The notes below the pieces were generated by a model that worked only from the letters and a program-made list of their open reading frames with translations, was not told the DNA's origin and made no database searches. A program made the position numbers and the translations under genes. From contig NC_135881.1 in NCBI RefSeq assembly GCF_964194155.1, forward strand, positions 35,278,001-35,342,000: DNA of 64,000 bases. Direction: 5' to 3'. Source of the DNA: Cetorhinus maximus (Eukaryota). Positions 12,551-26,531 of the stretch are shown here, piece after piece. Every line of letters starts with the position of its first letter. The stretch's first letter is position 1.

Positions 12551-13515
12551 CACACAGGAAAGTTGTGCAGAGGTATAAATTCCGATTAAAATGATAAATG
12601 ACTGCCTAAATAACGTTATGATTTCAAACTACAGCAAACTGAATATTGACAGCACAATATAAAATGGCAATTTTACAAAACAGGGCATCTGTGCATGTTT
12701 GGAAAATGTCCAGCATTTCAGATTCAATCTCGGAAGCAAAGAAAAAAAGTCTCAAAATCAAACCACAGAAAATTGAAAAAGCAACTGCTCTAACAACAAT
12801 TAATGATAGTGTAAAACAGACATAATTTAGTAGAAAGGAGATGTCATTTTAGGCCCGATGCCATCCTCAAGCCCAATGTGAGATGGCAAAAGAAAAGAAA
12901 ATTAAAAAATTCAGACAAAATATTACTTGACACAAAGGAAGGAAAACAATAAAATTACTGTAAAACATTGGGACCTAGCCATGCTTGAAGACTGGGGCCC
13001 AACTTCAAGGGAAGAAATGCACAGCAAAGCCAAGTTTAACAATTAAAAGGAAAAGAATAATAGTTGAATCCCTGAAACAGAATTAGGCCCCTGGAGGGAA
13101 GAAATCATGTGGAACAACTGACAGGGTAACTTGAATGAGTTTTGTTTGATTTATTCAACTTTTGATGTGTTATGCAATAGGTATTATTTATCCACATACG
13201 TACTTGGGAATGGGCCAGAAATCAAGATAACTGCTGAAACCCGAGATACTTGATTTATTAGTTTATAATACTTGCTGATTGGTAGCTTTGAAAAACAATT
13301 ACCAATTTGACGGGTTGGTTTTGCCGTGTTTACTGGTTCTTGCCCAGTAGTTGTAAATGGAAGTAGCTTTGTTTGCTTTTGCATTTAGGCAGTGGGATAT
13401 AATCGATACTATTAACTTAGCAGACAGGGATTATTTGAGTCAGTAATTTTTTTCCCCTCTATGCATTTTGAGGCTTTACACATATTTTGAAGGTGACTTT
13501 CATTTTGAGGGTACA

Positions 13516-14505
13516 TATGAACAAGCAAACAGACAGAATGGAGTAGGGCATTCGGCCCCTCGAGCCTGCTCCGCCATTCGATAAGCTCATGGCTGATCTC
13601 TTTGTTTCGAGTTCCACATTCCCATCTACCCCTGATAACCTTCGATTCCCTTGCCTAACAAGAATCTACCTACCTCCACCTTCAAAGTATTCAATGACCC
13701 CCGTCTCCACTGCCTTCTGAAGGAGAGAGTTCCAAAGTCGCACAGCCCTCTGAAAGAAAAAAATTTTCCCTCATCTCTGTCCTAAAAGGGCGACACCTAA
13801 TTTTAAAACAGTGCCCCCTATTTCTGGACTCACCCACAAGAGGAAACATCCTTTCCGCATCCACCTTGTCAAGTCTGTTCAGGATCTTATATACTTCAAT
13901 CAAGTCACACCTCATTCTTCTAATCTTCAGTGGAAACAAGCCCAGTCTGTCTAACCTTTCCTCATAAGACAACCCGCTCATTCTAGGTATCAATCTAGTA
14001 AACCTCCTCTGAACCACCTCCAACTCATTTACATCCTTCCTTAAATAAGGAGGCCAAAACTGCACACAGTATTCGAAATGAGGTCTCATCAATGCCCTGT
14101 ATAACTGAAACATAACATCCTTACTTCTATGTTCAATTCTTCTCATAATAAAGAATAGCATTCTATTAGCCTTCTTAATTACTTGCTGTACTTGCATACT
14201 AACTTTTTGTGACTCATGCACTAGAACACCTCGATCCCTCTGCACCTCAGAATTCTGCAGCCATTCTCCATTTAAGCAATACTCTGCTTTTTTTAATCCT
14301 TCCTGCCAAAGTGAACAACTTCACATTTTCCCACATTATACTCCAAATGCCAAATTTTTGCCCACCCACTTAACCTATCTATATCTGTCTGCAAGCTCCT
14401 TATGTCCTCTTCACAATGTACTTTCCTACCTACCTTTGAGTCATCTGCAAATTTAGCTGCCATACCTTCACTCCCCTTATCTAAGTTATTGATAGAAATT
14501 GTAAA
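13516..14505 (-). mobile_element. CR1 LINE 3' part
   Basis: ORF 13691-14245 (LYRALMRPHFEYCVQFW, LEVVQRRFTR); KFADD near 14440; CR1 3' UTR. Confidence 0.9.
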
Positions 14506-15385
14506 AGGTGGCTTCCATTTTGAGGCAGGGGATATATGCTGTTGAGGTAAAAGAATTGCAAACAGATACTGTATGGGGCTGCGAGCATGGTCCTGATGTA
14601 GTTACAGTGGGGAACACTGTTTGCAGCAGCAGTAAAGTTTTGTTATGATGCAAAGTTAGCATAACATATTAGTGCTCAGATGAAGCACCACACTGGGAGT
14701 ACAACAGGCTAGGGGACAAGATTTCATGAGCAGTAGCTCTTGCAGGGCTACTGAAAATGAAAAGGGGGAGAAATGGTGGCAACATTCCCCACATGACGTG
14801 ACCAAGGTCATTCATTCTGCACACACGTAATGCTGCGCAGTATGTGTTGACAGTCGATTTGCAGCGAAATGGCTAAAGACAGTTGGTGTGAAACGTTATT
14901 GGTTACAAAGGTCTTGTATAAATCTGAGGACAATGGAGATGATGTTTTATCTGGCTTGGAGTTAGGCACATGTGGGAATAGTTGTACTTTGGCTGTGCCA
15001 TATAGTTAACTGAAAGTGTCTTCTGTTATAGTTTAGCTTATCACTCTAGCTGATTGTGCATGATTTTGGCAAGGATCATTTTTTGCAAGTAATTGTTGCT
15101 GCGTGTCTTCTACAGCTTGTTTAATGATAAGACTCTTCTGGTGTGCAAAATTGTGTAAATACAAAGGACTGCAAACATTTTGGTAACATTTTCCGATCTC
15201 TGCTGTTTAAGGTCATCAATGGTATGTTGGACCAAAACCAGCATGTGTTGATTTGCTTCTCTCCTCATATGTTTGGATTCCTCTGAGATGTAAGCCGCCT
15301 TGACCACAGTAGGTAGTCATGGTTCCGCAGCTGCTCTTCATCCATCTCTGCAGTCTTCAAATAAAGAAGAACGATAGATTCATTA

Positions 15386-15885
15386 TATTGCACTGGAGGG
15401 GGTGCAGAGGAGATTCACCAGGATGTTGCCTGGGATGAAACATTTAAGTTATGAAGAGAGGTTGGATAGACTTGGGTTGTTTTCGTTGGAGCAGAGAAGA
15501 CTGAGGGGCGACCTGATCGAGGTGTACAAGATTATGAGGGGCATGGACAGGGTGGATAGGGAGCAGCTGTTCCCCTTAGTTGAAGGGTCAGTCACAAGGG
15601 GACATAAGTTCAAGATGAGGGACAGGAGGTTTAGGGGGGATGTGAGGAAAAGCTTTTTTACCCAGAGGGTGGTGACAGTCTGGAATGCACTGGGAGGGTG
15701 GTGGAGGCGGGTTGCCTCACATCCTTTAAAAAGTACCTGGATGAGCACTTGGCACGTCATAACATTCAAGGCTATGGGCCAGGTGCTGGTAAATGGGATT
15801 AGGTGGGTAGATCATGTGTTTCTCATGCGTCGGTGCAGACTCGATGGGCCGAAGGGCCTCTTCTGCACAGTGTGATTCTGTGATT
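15386..15885 (+). mobile_element. CR1 LINE 3' end
   Basis: ORF 15402-15875 QRRFTRMLPG...RLRGDLIEVYKIM; tail TGTGATTCTGTGATT. Confidence 0.9.
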
Positions 15886-16200
15886 ATAAAATGAATTAAC
15901 CGTTGCAACTACTAGGAAGTGGGGCATGAATCGGGGCACAGGTCAGCTGTACAGTGAAGGAGTGGAACTGCTCTTTGTTAATGTGGCTTGTATTGATGGA
16001 AGAAACCTACAGCGCCACATATAAATCACCAATAATCCTCCATGGGCACGTTTTACAGGATGGAGAGTTTACCGGTTACCCTTTGCTGCAGAAAAGTTTG
16101 CATCTGCAGTCACTTTGATAATCTCTGCAGTTGAAGTAATTTGCAAGTCCGCCTGCCAGAGTGTGCAAAGCTCAGTGATGGTTTCCTTGGGGAATCATCA

Positions 16201-17470
16201 GGGGCTAAATTCACTAGCCCGTGAAACCAGACACAGGCACAGCAATGCACGTTTGACGAATACCTATTGACTGCAATGCAGGCAATATGCCAAATTAGTA
16301 CCGCCTGCTGTTGTAAATGACTTCAGCATCCAGCAGCGTTATCCATGGTGCTGATACACTGCACGCCTGAACGATGAATATTCTGAGAGCCTAGCACAGC
16401 TAAAGCTAGAGTGTGCTGCAAGGAGTTGGATCATCCTGCCTTAGAAGGGCGGAAGCCATGAAAACAGGCAATTAACTGATCAACGTAAAAGTCAATCAAT
16501 GCTTCCATGACTGGCGGAGGTGGGGTTGATCCTGGTTGGTGGATGGGGCCACCACTGCTCTGTAAAATTCCAGCTTCAATTTCACAATAACAGCCACCAG
16601 CTCCAACACTGGCACTGAACGGGATTTCGAGGATAGGATCGAGGCAAGATCTGCACGTGATGAGACATGACACAAGAGTAGCCTGGAGGCAGGCAGGCAG
16701 CTAGGGTAGGATAGGTTCCAGCTTGCCAGAGGGTGGCATCTTGCACTCTTTCAACTGCAGAGGACTCAGATGGGCACTTTGATGGGGAGGCCTACAGAAG
16801 AACTATGATGGGGATGCACTAACAGATGCTTTGAGCATTGGGAATCCAGTAGTCTATGTGTTGAGGAACGTGGAGGAGGCCAACACCAACTTGGCTCTGG
16901 TTTTCATGCAGAGCTTGGACCCCATTCTTTCCAGCATGGAAGTGATGGTCAATACTATTTATATCCTGCATCCAACCATGATGGCTGGTGTGACAGCTTC
17001 CATTTCAACACAAGCAGCTTCCATTACAAGTCTGAGTGCTGCTATCCAAACGTGGACTGCTGTCATCATGGCTGTGTTTAACAGCGAGCAAAGGGACTTG
17101 CAGGGTATCACAGCTATCTAGTAATCTGCCCTCCAGCAGGTTACTAGGATTGCTGAGGTGCCTCCTGGTGGAGTGGCAGTGGTTTCATGGAGCATGAACC
17201 TGCCATCCTCTTGATCAGGAAGAAGCATTTATCCTGCCATCCCAGCCACTCCGCCAGTGGCCTTGCTGTTGTCTGTCGGCCAGCCAGGCCAGACCGCTGC
17301 TGCCAATGCTGAGATGGCACGGTTTGCAGGCAATACTTCTAAACCCAGAGCTTCTCGAGGTCAACCTCCAAAGCAATAACTAAGTCTCGTCCGTTAAAAG
17401 TCAGCAGCCTTCCACCAACCATGCTGCAGCCACTAGGGTAGCACCACGTGGGAGCACTAGGACATGCAAA
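16201..17470 (+). mobile_element. Degenerate Harbinger-associated element (ORF2-like remnant)
   Basis: Starts with TIR-like GGGGCTAAATTC; decayed coiled-coil-like ORF 16831-17121; assigned by resemblance only. Confidence 0.35.
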
Positions 17471-17474
17471 GGCA

Positions 17475-18332
17475 TAAGAACATAAAATCATAAGAAATAG
17501 AAGCGGCAGTAGCCATTTGGCCCCTCAAGCTTGCTCTGCTATACAATAAGATCATGGCTGATCTGATTGTGGCCTTAACTCCACTTTACTGCCCGCAGCC
17601 CCATAACTCTTGATTCCCGCATCAATCAAAAATCCACCTAACTCAGCCTTGAATATATTCAAAAGCGCAGCCTCCACTGCTTTCTGAGGCTGTGAATTCC
17701 AAGATTAACTACCCTCTGAGAGAAGGAATTCCTCCTCATCTCCATCTTAAATGGGATACTCCTTATTTTTAAACTGTGCCACCTAGCTCAAGACTCCCCA
17801 GTGAGGGGAAGCATCCTCTCAGCATCGACCCTGCTGAGCACCCTCAGAATCCTATGCTTTGATAGGTTTCATTCCCCTAACCTCCAATCAATAGGCCAAC
17901 CTGATCAGCCTTTCGTCATAAGACAAACCACCTCCATCCCAGGAGTCAGCCAAGTGAACCTTCTCTGAATGGCATCCAATGCAAGTATGGTGACCAAGTA
18001 TGATGGGTCCTTAAGTAAAGTGGCCAGAACTGCACACAGTACTTGGGGTGCCACCTCATCAATGCCCTGTACAGATGTAGCAAGACGTCCCTACTCCATT
18101 TGCCCTCCTAATTACTTTCTGTACCTGCATTTTAACTTCCTGTGTTTTGATTTATGTACAAGAATACCCAGGTCCATCTGTACCACAGTATTCTGCAGTC
18201 CCTCCGTTTAAATAATATTCTGCTTTTCCATTCTTCCTGCCAAAGTGGACAAACTCATATTTTCCCACATTATACTCCATCTTCCAAATTTTTTCCCAAC
18301 TCACTTAACCTATTTATATCCTTTTGCAGGCT
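17475..18332 (-). mobile_element. CR1 LINE 3' part, degenerate
   Basis: CATAAGAACATAA tail (reverse complement) followed by RT C-terminal sequence like other CR1 copies in the window. Confidence 0.8.
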
Positions 18333-19169
18333 TTTTAGCCGGAATTTTCATTTTGTAAGCAGGAAGCGGGAATCAGGAATAATCTTGACATCGCAATTCT
18401 GTTTGTGTCCTGGCATTGCCCTTGGAGGGCAAAGGGATTTTAATCTCTTGGAGGGCAGGATGGCCTGGAGTTGAGCCTGCTGCCTGAGGTAGAGACGCGG
18501 CCCTGTGTTAAAAGACCCTCCTCTGTTCAGAGGTACATCGGCCCAGTTCTTCAGGCCATCCTCCAGATGGTTAAAGTCGGCATTTAGACGTCATCATTCA
18601 ATCTGAGAAGCAATGAGGGCTGCATAAGTGAGTAGGGTGACGGGGGGTAGAGTGGTGAGTAGGTGAGGGGTGTAGTGGGTGAGGGGGTGAGTGGGCTGGA
18701 GAGAAGTGAAAGAACAGTATTGTAAAAGCGGCAAAGTCTTCAGATGCATTAGAATAGATTATTCACTGGATAGAATGCTATTCTGCTTTGTGCAATATTG
18801 AAAGGCTAGCCCAGAGTGGGATTCAGAGCTGATTATTTAAAATCTCTCCAGTGCTTTCAATCATTCCTTGCAGATCAGCTCAGCTATTTGTTTGGCTGTT
18901 TACAAGCTTTGACAGATGTATAAGCTTTTGGCTGCCTTCAAAACACTAATGAGTTCTAAAGTGCAGAGTTTATTTATTCAGGTGCCCTAGGGAAAGTGAG
19001 TGTGATGGCTTTGGCAGATTTAGGAGCTTCTGAAGATGATAATATTTTAGTAAAGTGCATACTCAAGTGATTTATGTATTTTCACATAGTTATGAGCTTT
19101 CTGATGACTTTCAGATGTTTTTATAGCATTTTGGGGTTCTATTTATAAAGCGGATACCTGGTAAGTGCA

Positions 19170-19440
19170 TTGTGGGTGGGGGGTGAGAGGGTACAGGGGT
19201 GATGGGGGATGAGGTGGCAGGTTTAGGTGTGAGGAGATGAAGGGGGTTGAGGGGGTAGTGGGTGAGGGGGGAAGGTGATAAGAAGGAGTAGGAATTGAGG
19301 TGGTTGAAAGGGGTTAGGGGATAGGGGAGGGGTGAGGGTGTGGTGGATGAGGGATGGGGAGGGGGAGTAAGGATGAAGCGGTGATGGAGGTGATGGGAGT
19401 TAAGCGGATGAAGAGGATTACTGGGGTGAAAGTGAGAGGG
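19170..19440. repeat. G-rich low-complexity tract inside a probable degenerate DNA transposon (about 18337-19800)
   Basis: Dense GGG/GAGG/GTGA runs; element start resembles the Harbinger TIR (AGCCGGAATTTTCA). Confidence 0.5.
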
Positions 19441-19849
19441 ATGGCAGCTGTGCCCAGCAGCAGACTTCCTCAAGGCTGCGAGAAATCCCACAAATGGGCT
19501 GAGGATACCCTCTGACAGGGAGCATCTGTGGTGTAGGTCCCAGTGATGTTGGCTGGCCCTGCAGGGATGGAGGTAGCAGTTGCAGGTGGGGCCACAATGA
19601 GACCCTGCACAATGTGGTCCTCACAGTGCATATCCAAAGATGTGAGCAGGTTGCCTCTACCTCCTCTAACGCAACAAGGGAGCAGCTCATTGATGTATCT
19701 GAAAGCATGAAGTACTGTGTCATGTAGAGCACTAACTGGGTTGCTGTGATATTTTATTTGTGTCAAATGTACTAATAGGAACTTGCTAGTGCTATTGGGG
19801 AGGGTTTAAAGTAAGTTGGCAGTGGTCTGGGAAGCTGGATGTAATACCT

Positions 19850-20505
19850 GAGAGGAGTCCATGTTGAAATGCAGCAAGACCTGGACAATATCCAGACATG
19901 GACTGATAAGTCGGAAGTAACATGTGCCATGTAACATGTAACAAGTGCCAAGCAATGACCAACAAGAGAAAATCTAACCATTGCCCCTTGATGTTCAATG
20001 GCATTACCATCACTGAATCCCCCACTATCAACATCCAGGGGGTTACCATTGACCAGAAACTGAACTGGACTAGCCATATAAATACAGTGGTGATAAGAGC
20101 AGGTCAGAGGCTAGGAATCCTGTGGCGAGTAACTCACCTCCTGCAGTGTGTACTATCTAAAAGATGCACTGCAGGAATTCACCAAGGCTCCTTCGACAGC
20201 ACCTTCTAAATCCACGACCACTACCACCTAGAAGAACAAGAGCAGCAGATACATGGGGAGAACACCACATGGAAGATCCCCCCCAAGCCGTTCACCATCC
20301 TGATTTGGAAATATATCGCCGTTCCTTCACTGTCGCTGGGTCAAAATCCTGGAACTCCCTCCTAACAACACAGTGGGTGCACCTACACCACAGGGACTGC
20401 GGTGGTTCAAGAAGGCGGCTCACCCCCACCTTCTCAAGGGCAATTAGGGATGGGCAATAAATGCTGGCCCAGTCAGTGATGCCCACATCCAATAAATAAA
20501 TTTTA
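19850..20505 (+). mobile_element. HER1-like LINE 3' end
   Basis: ITESPTINIQGVTIDQKLNWTSHI; tail GGGCAATTAGGGATGGGCAATAAATGCTGGCC followed by an A-rich end. Confidence 0.85.
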
Positions 20506-20599
20506 AAAATACAAAGCTGGACAGAGTATTGAGAGAGATAGTTAGTACTTGAGTAGGAAATAGTAATATATTAGGTGGGTTTAGCATAAGAGGGAAAGT

Positions 20600-22725
20600 A
20601 AAGCCTAGATTGGTGTTAAAGTACATGTATGTGAATGCACAGAGAGTGGTAACTAAAATTGGTGAGTCACAGACATAGCCATGTGGAAATATGAGGTTGC
20701 AGCGATAACTAGAGACCTGCCTCAAAGAAGGGTATGACTGGGTAGTAAACATTCCTGGATATAAGATGTTCAGGACAGATAGGAAAGGAGGAGGGGTGAC
20801 AGTATTAATTAAGGAAAATATTTTGGTGCTGGAGAGAAAGGAAATCCCAAAGGATCAAGGACAAAATCTATTTGATTAAAGCTAAGGGGGAAAAAAAGGT
20901 GCAATTATATTGCTCAGTGTAGTCTATAGAGTACCAACTAGCGGGAAACAAGTTTGCAAGGAAATTAGAGAAGTGCCAGAAAGAGTTGATATAATGGGGG
21001 CATTTAATTAGCTGAATATTAGTTTGGGATAGTGATAGTATAAAGGGCAGAGCGGGATAATAATTCCTAGAGTGTGTACAGGAGAATTTTCTACAGCAGT
21101 ATGTTTCCAATCCAATGAGAAAGGAAGCATTGTTGTACCTGGGCTTGGGAATGAGGTGGGCAAAGTGAATCAAGTATCAGTAGGGGAACGTTTAAGGGAT
21201 AGTGATCATTGTATCCTAAGGTTTAGGTTGACTATGGAAAAGGACAAGGTGCAACCCAGAGTGAGAATAATTAACCAGGGGAAATTAAAGCCATCTTCAA
21301 TGGGGGTAAGAATGCATCTGGCCCAGATAAATTGGAATCAGAATAGTCGGCAGAACAGTAACTGAATAATGGGCTGTCTTTAAAAAAGAGAGTTTAAGTT
21401 TAGTTAAGGTATATTCCCATGAAGGGGAAGGTAGGGCAAACAAAACTGAGCTTCCTAGATGACGAATGAGATAGAGGTTCAGATGAAACAGAAAAAGTAT
21501 GCTTATGACAGATGTCAGGTAGATAATACAACTGAGAAACAGGCTGAAAATAGTAGGTTCAGAGGGGAATTGAAAAAGCAAATAAGAAAAGCAAAGAGAG
21601 GGCATGAGAAGAGACTGACAGCTAATATAAAAGGGAATCCAAAAGTCTTCTACAGGTATATAAATAATAAATAGTTAGAGCTCATGAAATAAAAAGGACA
21701 GTGGCAACATGGATACAAAATTGGCTGAGTGACAGGAAAGAAAGAGTAGTGTTAAATAGGGGTTTTTTTTGGACTGGAAGCAAGGTTTATAGTGGAGTTC
21801 CTCAGGAATCGGTGTTCGGACCTTTGGTCTCCCTAATATATATTAATGACCTAGACCTTGGTGTACAGGGCACAATTTCAAAATTTGCAGACGAAATGAA
21901 ACTTGGAAATATTGCGAACAATGACAGGGATCGTGCAGAACTTCAAAAGGACATAGGTTGTGGAATGGGCAGGCAAATGGCAACTGAAATTTCATGCAGA
22001 GAAATGTGAAGTGATACATTTTGGTAGGAAGAACGCAGAGAGACAATATAAAGTAAGGGATACAATTCTTAAGGAGGTGAAGGAGCAGAGGGACCTGTCT
22101 GTATATGTGCACAAATCACTGAAGGTGGCAAGAGAGGTTGAGAGTGTGCTTAATAAAGCATACGGATTCCTGGGTGTTATCAATAGGGGCATAGAGTACA
22201 AAAGCAAGGAAGTTATGTTAAACCTGTATAAAACACTGGTTCAGCCCCAGCTGAGGTATTGTGTCCAGTTCTGGAAAGGTTGTAAAGGCATTCAAGAGGC
22301 TGCAGTAAAGATTCACAAGAATGGTTCCAGAGATGGGCGACTTCAGTTACATAAATACATGGGGGAAGTTGGGATTGTTTCCCTTGGAGAGGAAAAGGGT
22401 GAGAGGAGATTTGAAAGGAGTATTCAAAATCATGAGGGATCCCAGAATAGTTGGGGGAAAAATGTCCCCATTGGTGCAAGGATCAAGAACCAAAGGGCAT
22501 AGATTTAAGGTAATTGGTAATTGGTTAGGATCTGGAATGCACTGTCTGAGAGTATGATTAAGGCAGGGTCAAGTGTGGCTTTCAAAAGGGAATTGGATCA
22601 TTATTTGAAAAAGAAAGATTTGCAGGCCTATGGGAAGTGGCATGAGGCAAATTGCTCTTTGAGAGCCAGCCCAGACATGATGGACAGAATGGCCTCCTGC
22701 AGTACTGTAATATTTCCATGATTCT
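20600..22725 (+). mobile_element. CR1 ORF2 remnant (APE endonuclease to RT), internally deleted
   Basis: YVNAQ, ITET-like and LRDSDH endonuclease motifs; KGNPKVFYRYI; SGVPQESVFGP, SKFADE, KCEVIHFG. Confidence 0.88.
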
Positions 22726-23117
22726 AAATAGTTATTTTCAATGACAACGTAGATAATATCACCTTTGTTTGACAATAGTTAGCATGCTCTTTATAGCTCA
22801 ATATCAAACAGTGTTCACAATGTACACAGATATTAACAGCTTTTCACTGGTGTCAGTGGAAGCTGCAGCCAAAAGTCCATTTGTGAAGACTGGTTGTCGT
22901 CCTTGTATAAACTCAGGCTTTGGTTCATTGGCAGGCATATGTTCTGTTATTAAGCCATCAGGGACCGTGAATTAAACCTTCGCTAAATCAGTAGATTAAT
23001 CCCAACAGTGGCATCCTGCAGAAAGCCCGCCCTGAGTCCCGGGGGCCTGGCTGGAAGGAGCAAAAAATGTTTATCACCTTGATCATTTTTACAGCCTCCT
23101 TGTCCTGCTCCAGGGTT

Positions 23118-24684
23118 TGTCATTAGGCTATGCCTCTTTATTTTTGAAAATGTGTCTTATCGACCTTCAACTGACTGGAAACTTTGCAATTTGAAATGAG
23201 ACAGAGCAAACTCCTTAAAAATGGAAGGCCAGCTTCCAAGGTGAAGGTGAAAAAGCAAGCAAGCCATCCTCAGGAGGAGTGTGAAGAGAGGGACATTTCC
23301 TAGAATTCAAAAGTCCATCAAAACTCATCATGGCCCAAGGAATAGACATTAAAGTGCAAAGTGCTGGATATTGAGACAAAGGCTGCCATGGACTGACCCA
23401 CCAAAAACCCCCTTGGAAATACACGATCGACGATGTATAACGCGCCAGGCTGCACCGTTGCAGAGATTGCAAGTGACACAAGGAGTGTCAAGAAAGGTTT
23501 CAGCAGAGGAAATGGGCTGAAAAGTTGCACTCTCTCCCTCTCTCTTTTCTGGAAAAAGAGTGCGTCACCTGGTTTGGGAAGTCAACCTACTAACGAACCG
23601 AGATCTCCTAATAGTTGCAACATCTTATACATCTGACTGCATCCAGGAAACCAGCTAACTTAAATCAGCTGCAGCATTTAGGCCAGAAATTTCCCCCTAT
23701 TGCGGGGGTTGTACGGGGGTGGGGGGGGTGCAGTCGCAAACCCGATCGGCGCCCCCGATCAGGCCTGCACCGCATTTTACATGGGCAGGCCAATTAAAGC
23801 TGTGCACTCCCTGTGCGGGCGGGGGAGGGGGGAGGAATTCCCTGAGTGGTCCCCTGCGCTCTTTCGCACATGTGCGCGAAAAAGCGCAGAGATCTCCCTG
23901 AGGCATGGAGTTGCCTCAGGGAGATTTGTTTCAGTGTTAATCTTTTAAATAAAGGTTTTTAAATATTTTAAAACATGTCCCCTAATGTGACACAATCAAA
24001 TGAGCTGGAACATGTCAAACAATAAATGTATAAATTTTTATTAGATTTTAAAACACTTCATGAAACCTTATCCCGCCCATGGATGAGGTTTCATGAAAAA
24101 TGCGAAGGCCGCCTGGGCTCTTCGCCTGCCCGCCAACCTTAAGGTTGGTCGGGCAGCTCATTAAATCGAGCTAATTAGGTTTTAAATGGCCTTAATAGTC
24201 CTTTGACAGTTTGGTGGGCGCGCCGTCGAACTGAAAATCTAAATGATGTCGGGACACCCGCCCGACGTCACCGCGCATCACTTTACGCATCGGTGAATGG
24301 GCCCTCTACCCCTGTCACCACTCGCCGACGGGAAAATGCTGCCCTTAAAATCTACACCTCAAGGACAGTCAAAGGACACACCATATCTTCTTAACTTTTT
24401 TTATTGGACACTAACTTCCCTTATTTCTGATACCTGTGTGCATGCGATGTTGTGTTTTTATCATATTTATTCCCTCGAGCTTAACGGTTAATAAATTTGC
24501 TCTTTCTTTAACTCAAGAAAAACATTGTTTGACTGGCTCCTTATTGCACTGCTTAAATAGTTAAATATATTCTGATTTGGGAAAGGCATATCCTCGGGAA
24601 AAAGAAACTTAAACCTTTGTTGTGACCAACCAAGGAGGCTGAACAGAGGGGAGCCAGTTAGCTCCTTCTCACCTGATCGTAACA
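23118..24684 (+). mobile_element. Solo LTR (about 0.9 kb without the MITE)
   Basis: TGT...CGTAACA termini; GGTT TSD at 23114-23117 and 24685-24688; AATAAA near 24490. Confidence 0.7.
23681..24344. mobile_element. Harbinger-type ~700 bp MITE, family A
   Basis: TIRs GGCCAGAAATTTCCC / GGGAAAATGCTGCCC; TTA TSD on both sides; three internal hairpins. Confidence 0.85.
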
Positions 24685-26090
24685 GGTTGCAGTTGGTGGC
24701 TGAAGCAGGTAGCAGGTATCAGTGAGGAGGTCCTTACTGAAATACATGGCATCTCCTACTTATTCCTTGCTGAGGTTCAGGTAGGAGAGTTGCTTCCTGA
24801 ACACCCTGGGTGCATCCTGGGAGCCCCCTCTCCTGCCCACTTCCTTCGTCTTCTCGCAGCGTGTCCTGCTCTGTGTGGCCTCGGTCCATTCTCCAAGTCA
24901 TGCTGCATTCATGGGGGATGTTTATGAGTGCATCTATGTCTGGGAGCAACTGGTTTGTGCAAAAGACCTGAAGTAAGCAAAAAATTCTTAAGCATCTACT
25001 ACACCACTCCCTTTAGATTTCCACAACTTTAAATAACTATAGAAAGCAGCAAACATTTGTACAATCAAAAGAGCATCCACAAGAAATCAATGATAACCAG
25101 CCAAGTGCTTGATGATCCTTAAATTACACTGGTGGGGAGTCCTTCCTGTTGCTGTTTAAGAGAGGGCATTAGTTTCAGCATGGAGCTCCAAAATAGCATT
25201 GCTGACATCAACTGACGTCAGGATTTGTCTGCTCTGCATACTGCCGTAACCATAACCCTGTTTATCCCCTTCAAGTATTTATCCATTTCTCTTTTGGATT
25301 TGCTACTGAATCTGCTTCCACCAAACTTTCAGGTGGTGGATCCCAGATCACAACACCTCACTGAGTAAAAAATGTTGCCTCATGTCACCTCTGGTTCTTT
25401 TGCTATTCACCTTAAATCTGTGCCGTCCGGTTATGAACACTTCTGCCGCTGGAAATAGTTTCTCTTTATTTGCTCAGTCAAAAGCATTCAGGGTTTTGAA
25501 AACCGCTATCAAGTTTCCTCTTAACCCACTTTGTGCTGAGAAACCCTAGCTTCTCCAGTCTCTCCACAAAACTGAAGTCCTTCATCCCTCGTACCATTCC
25601 AGCAAATTTCTTCTGTACCCTCTCCAAGGCCTTGTCATCCTTCCCAATGGTGCCCAGAATTGAACATAATACTCCATCAGAGGACTAGCCAGTGTTTTAT
25701 AAAGATTTGGCACAACATCCTTGCTTTTGCACTCTATTCCTTTTATTAATAGAGTATGCTTTAACTGCCTTGACCAGCCACCTTTGATTTGTATAATACA
25801 CCTCCAGGGCTCTCTGTTCCTGTACCCTCTTTAAAATTGTGCCATTTAGTTCATGTTGCCTCTCCTTTTTCTCCCTACCAAAATGTATCATCTTAGACCT
25901 TTCTGCATGAAGTTTCACCTGCCATGTGTCTGCCCATTTTACCAGTCTGTCTATGTCTTCCTGAAGTCTGTTGCTATCCTCTTCATTGTTAAATACATTC
26001 CCAAGTTTCATATCATCTGTGAACTTTGAAATTATATTCTCAATTCCAGGTTATTAATGTATATCAAAAGACCAGTTGTCCTCATACTGA

Positions 26091-26249
26091 CAGAAGCGAA
26101 AAACTGTTGACGCTGTAAACAGGAAATAAAAACAGAAAACACTGGAAATGCTCAACAGTTATGGAAGCACCTTTGGAAAGAGAAACATTTCTCCACAAAT
26201 TCTGCCAGGCCTGCCAAAGTATTTCCAGCATGTTCTGCGTTTAGTTCCA
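26091..26249. mobile_element. Old miniature Penelope fold-back
   Basis: Inverted pLTR 3' ends; 7-bp TSD ATACTGA (26084-26090, 26250-26256). Confidence 0.6.
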
Positions 26250-26531
26250 ATACTGATACCTGGGGAATACCACTTCCCCCAGTTTACCATTGTTCTCTGC
26301 TTTCTGTCCTTTAGTCAATTTTGTATCCAGGCTGCCACTATCCCTTTAAACCCATAACCTTCAATTTTGGTAACAAATTTATAATGTAATATGTTACTAA
26401 ATGCCTTTTGAACGACCATATATGCATCAACCGCGCTACCTTCAACAACCCTCTTTGTTACTTCAAAGTCCTTGATCAAGTTAGTCAAACAGGATTTGCC
26501 TTTAACAAATCCATGCTGACTTATTCATTTT

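Larger units (their letters stand above)
23030..25240 (-). pseudogene. Harbinger transposase N-terminal remnant split by a solo LTR
   Basis: PRVFRKQLSYLNLSKE...FSKDLLTDTCYLLQP at about 24690-24820; continues past the LTR at about 23040-23117 (AVK...SFQ). Confidence 0.6.

Noticed and set aside
15110-15385. Possible minus-strand exon after an acceptor near 15355
   Set aside because: No recognisable domain, early stops and no clear donor
19111-19491. His/Pro-rich ORF
   Set aside because: Product of a G-rich low-complexity tract
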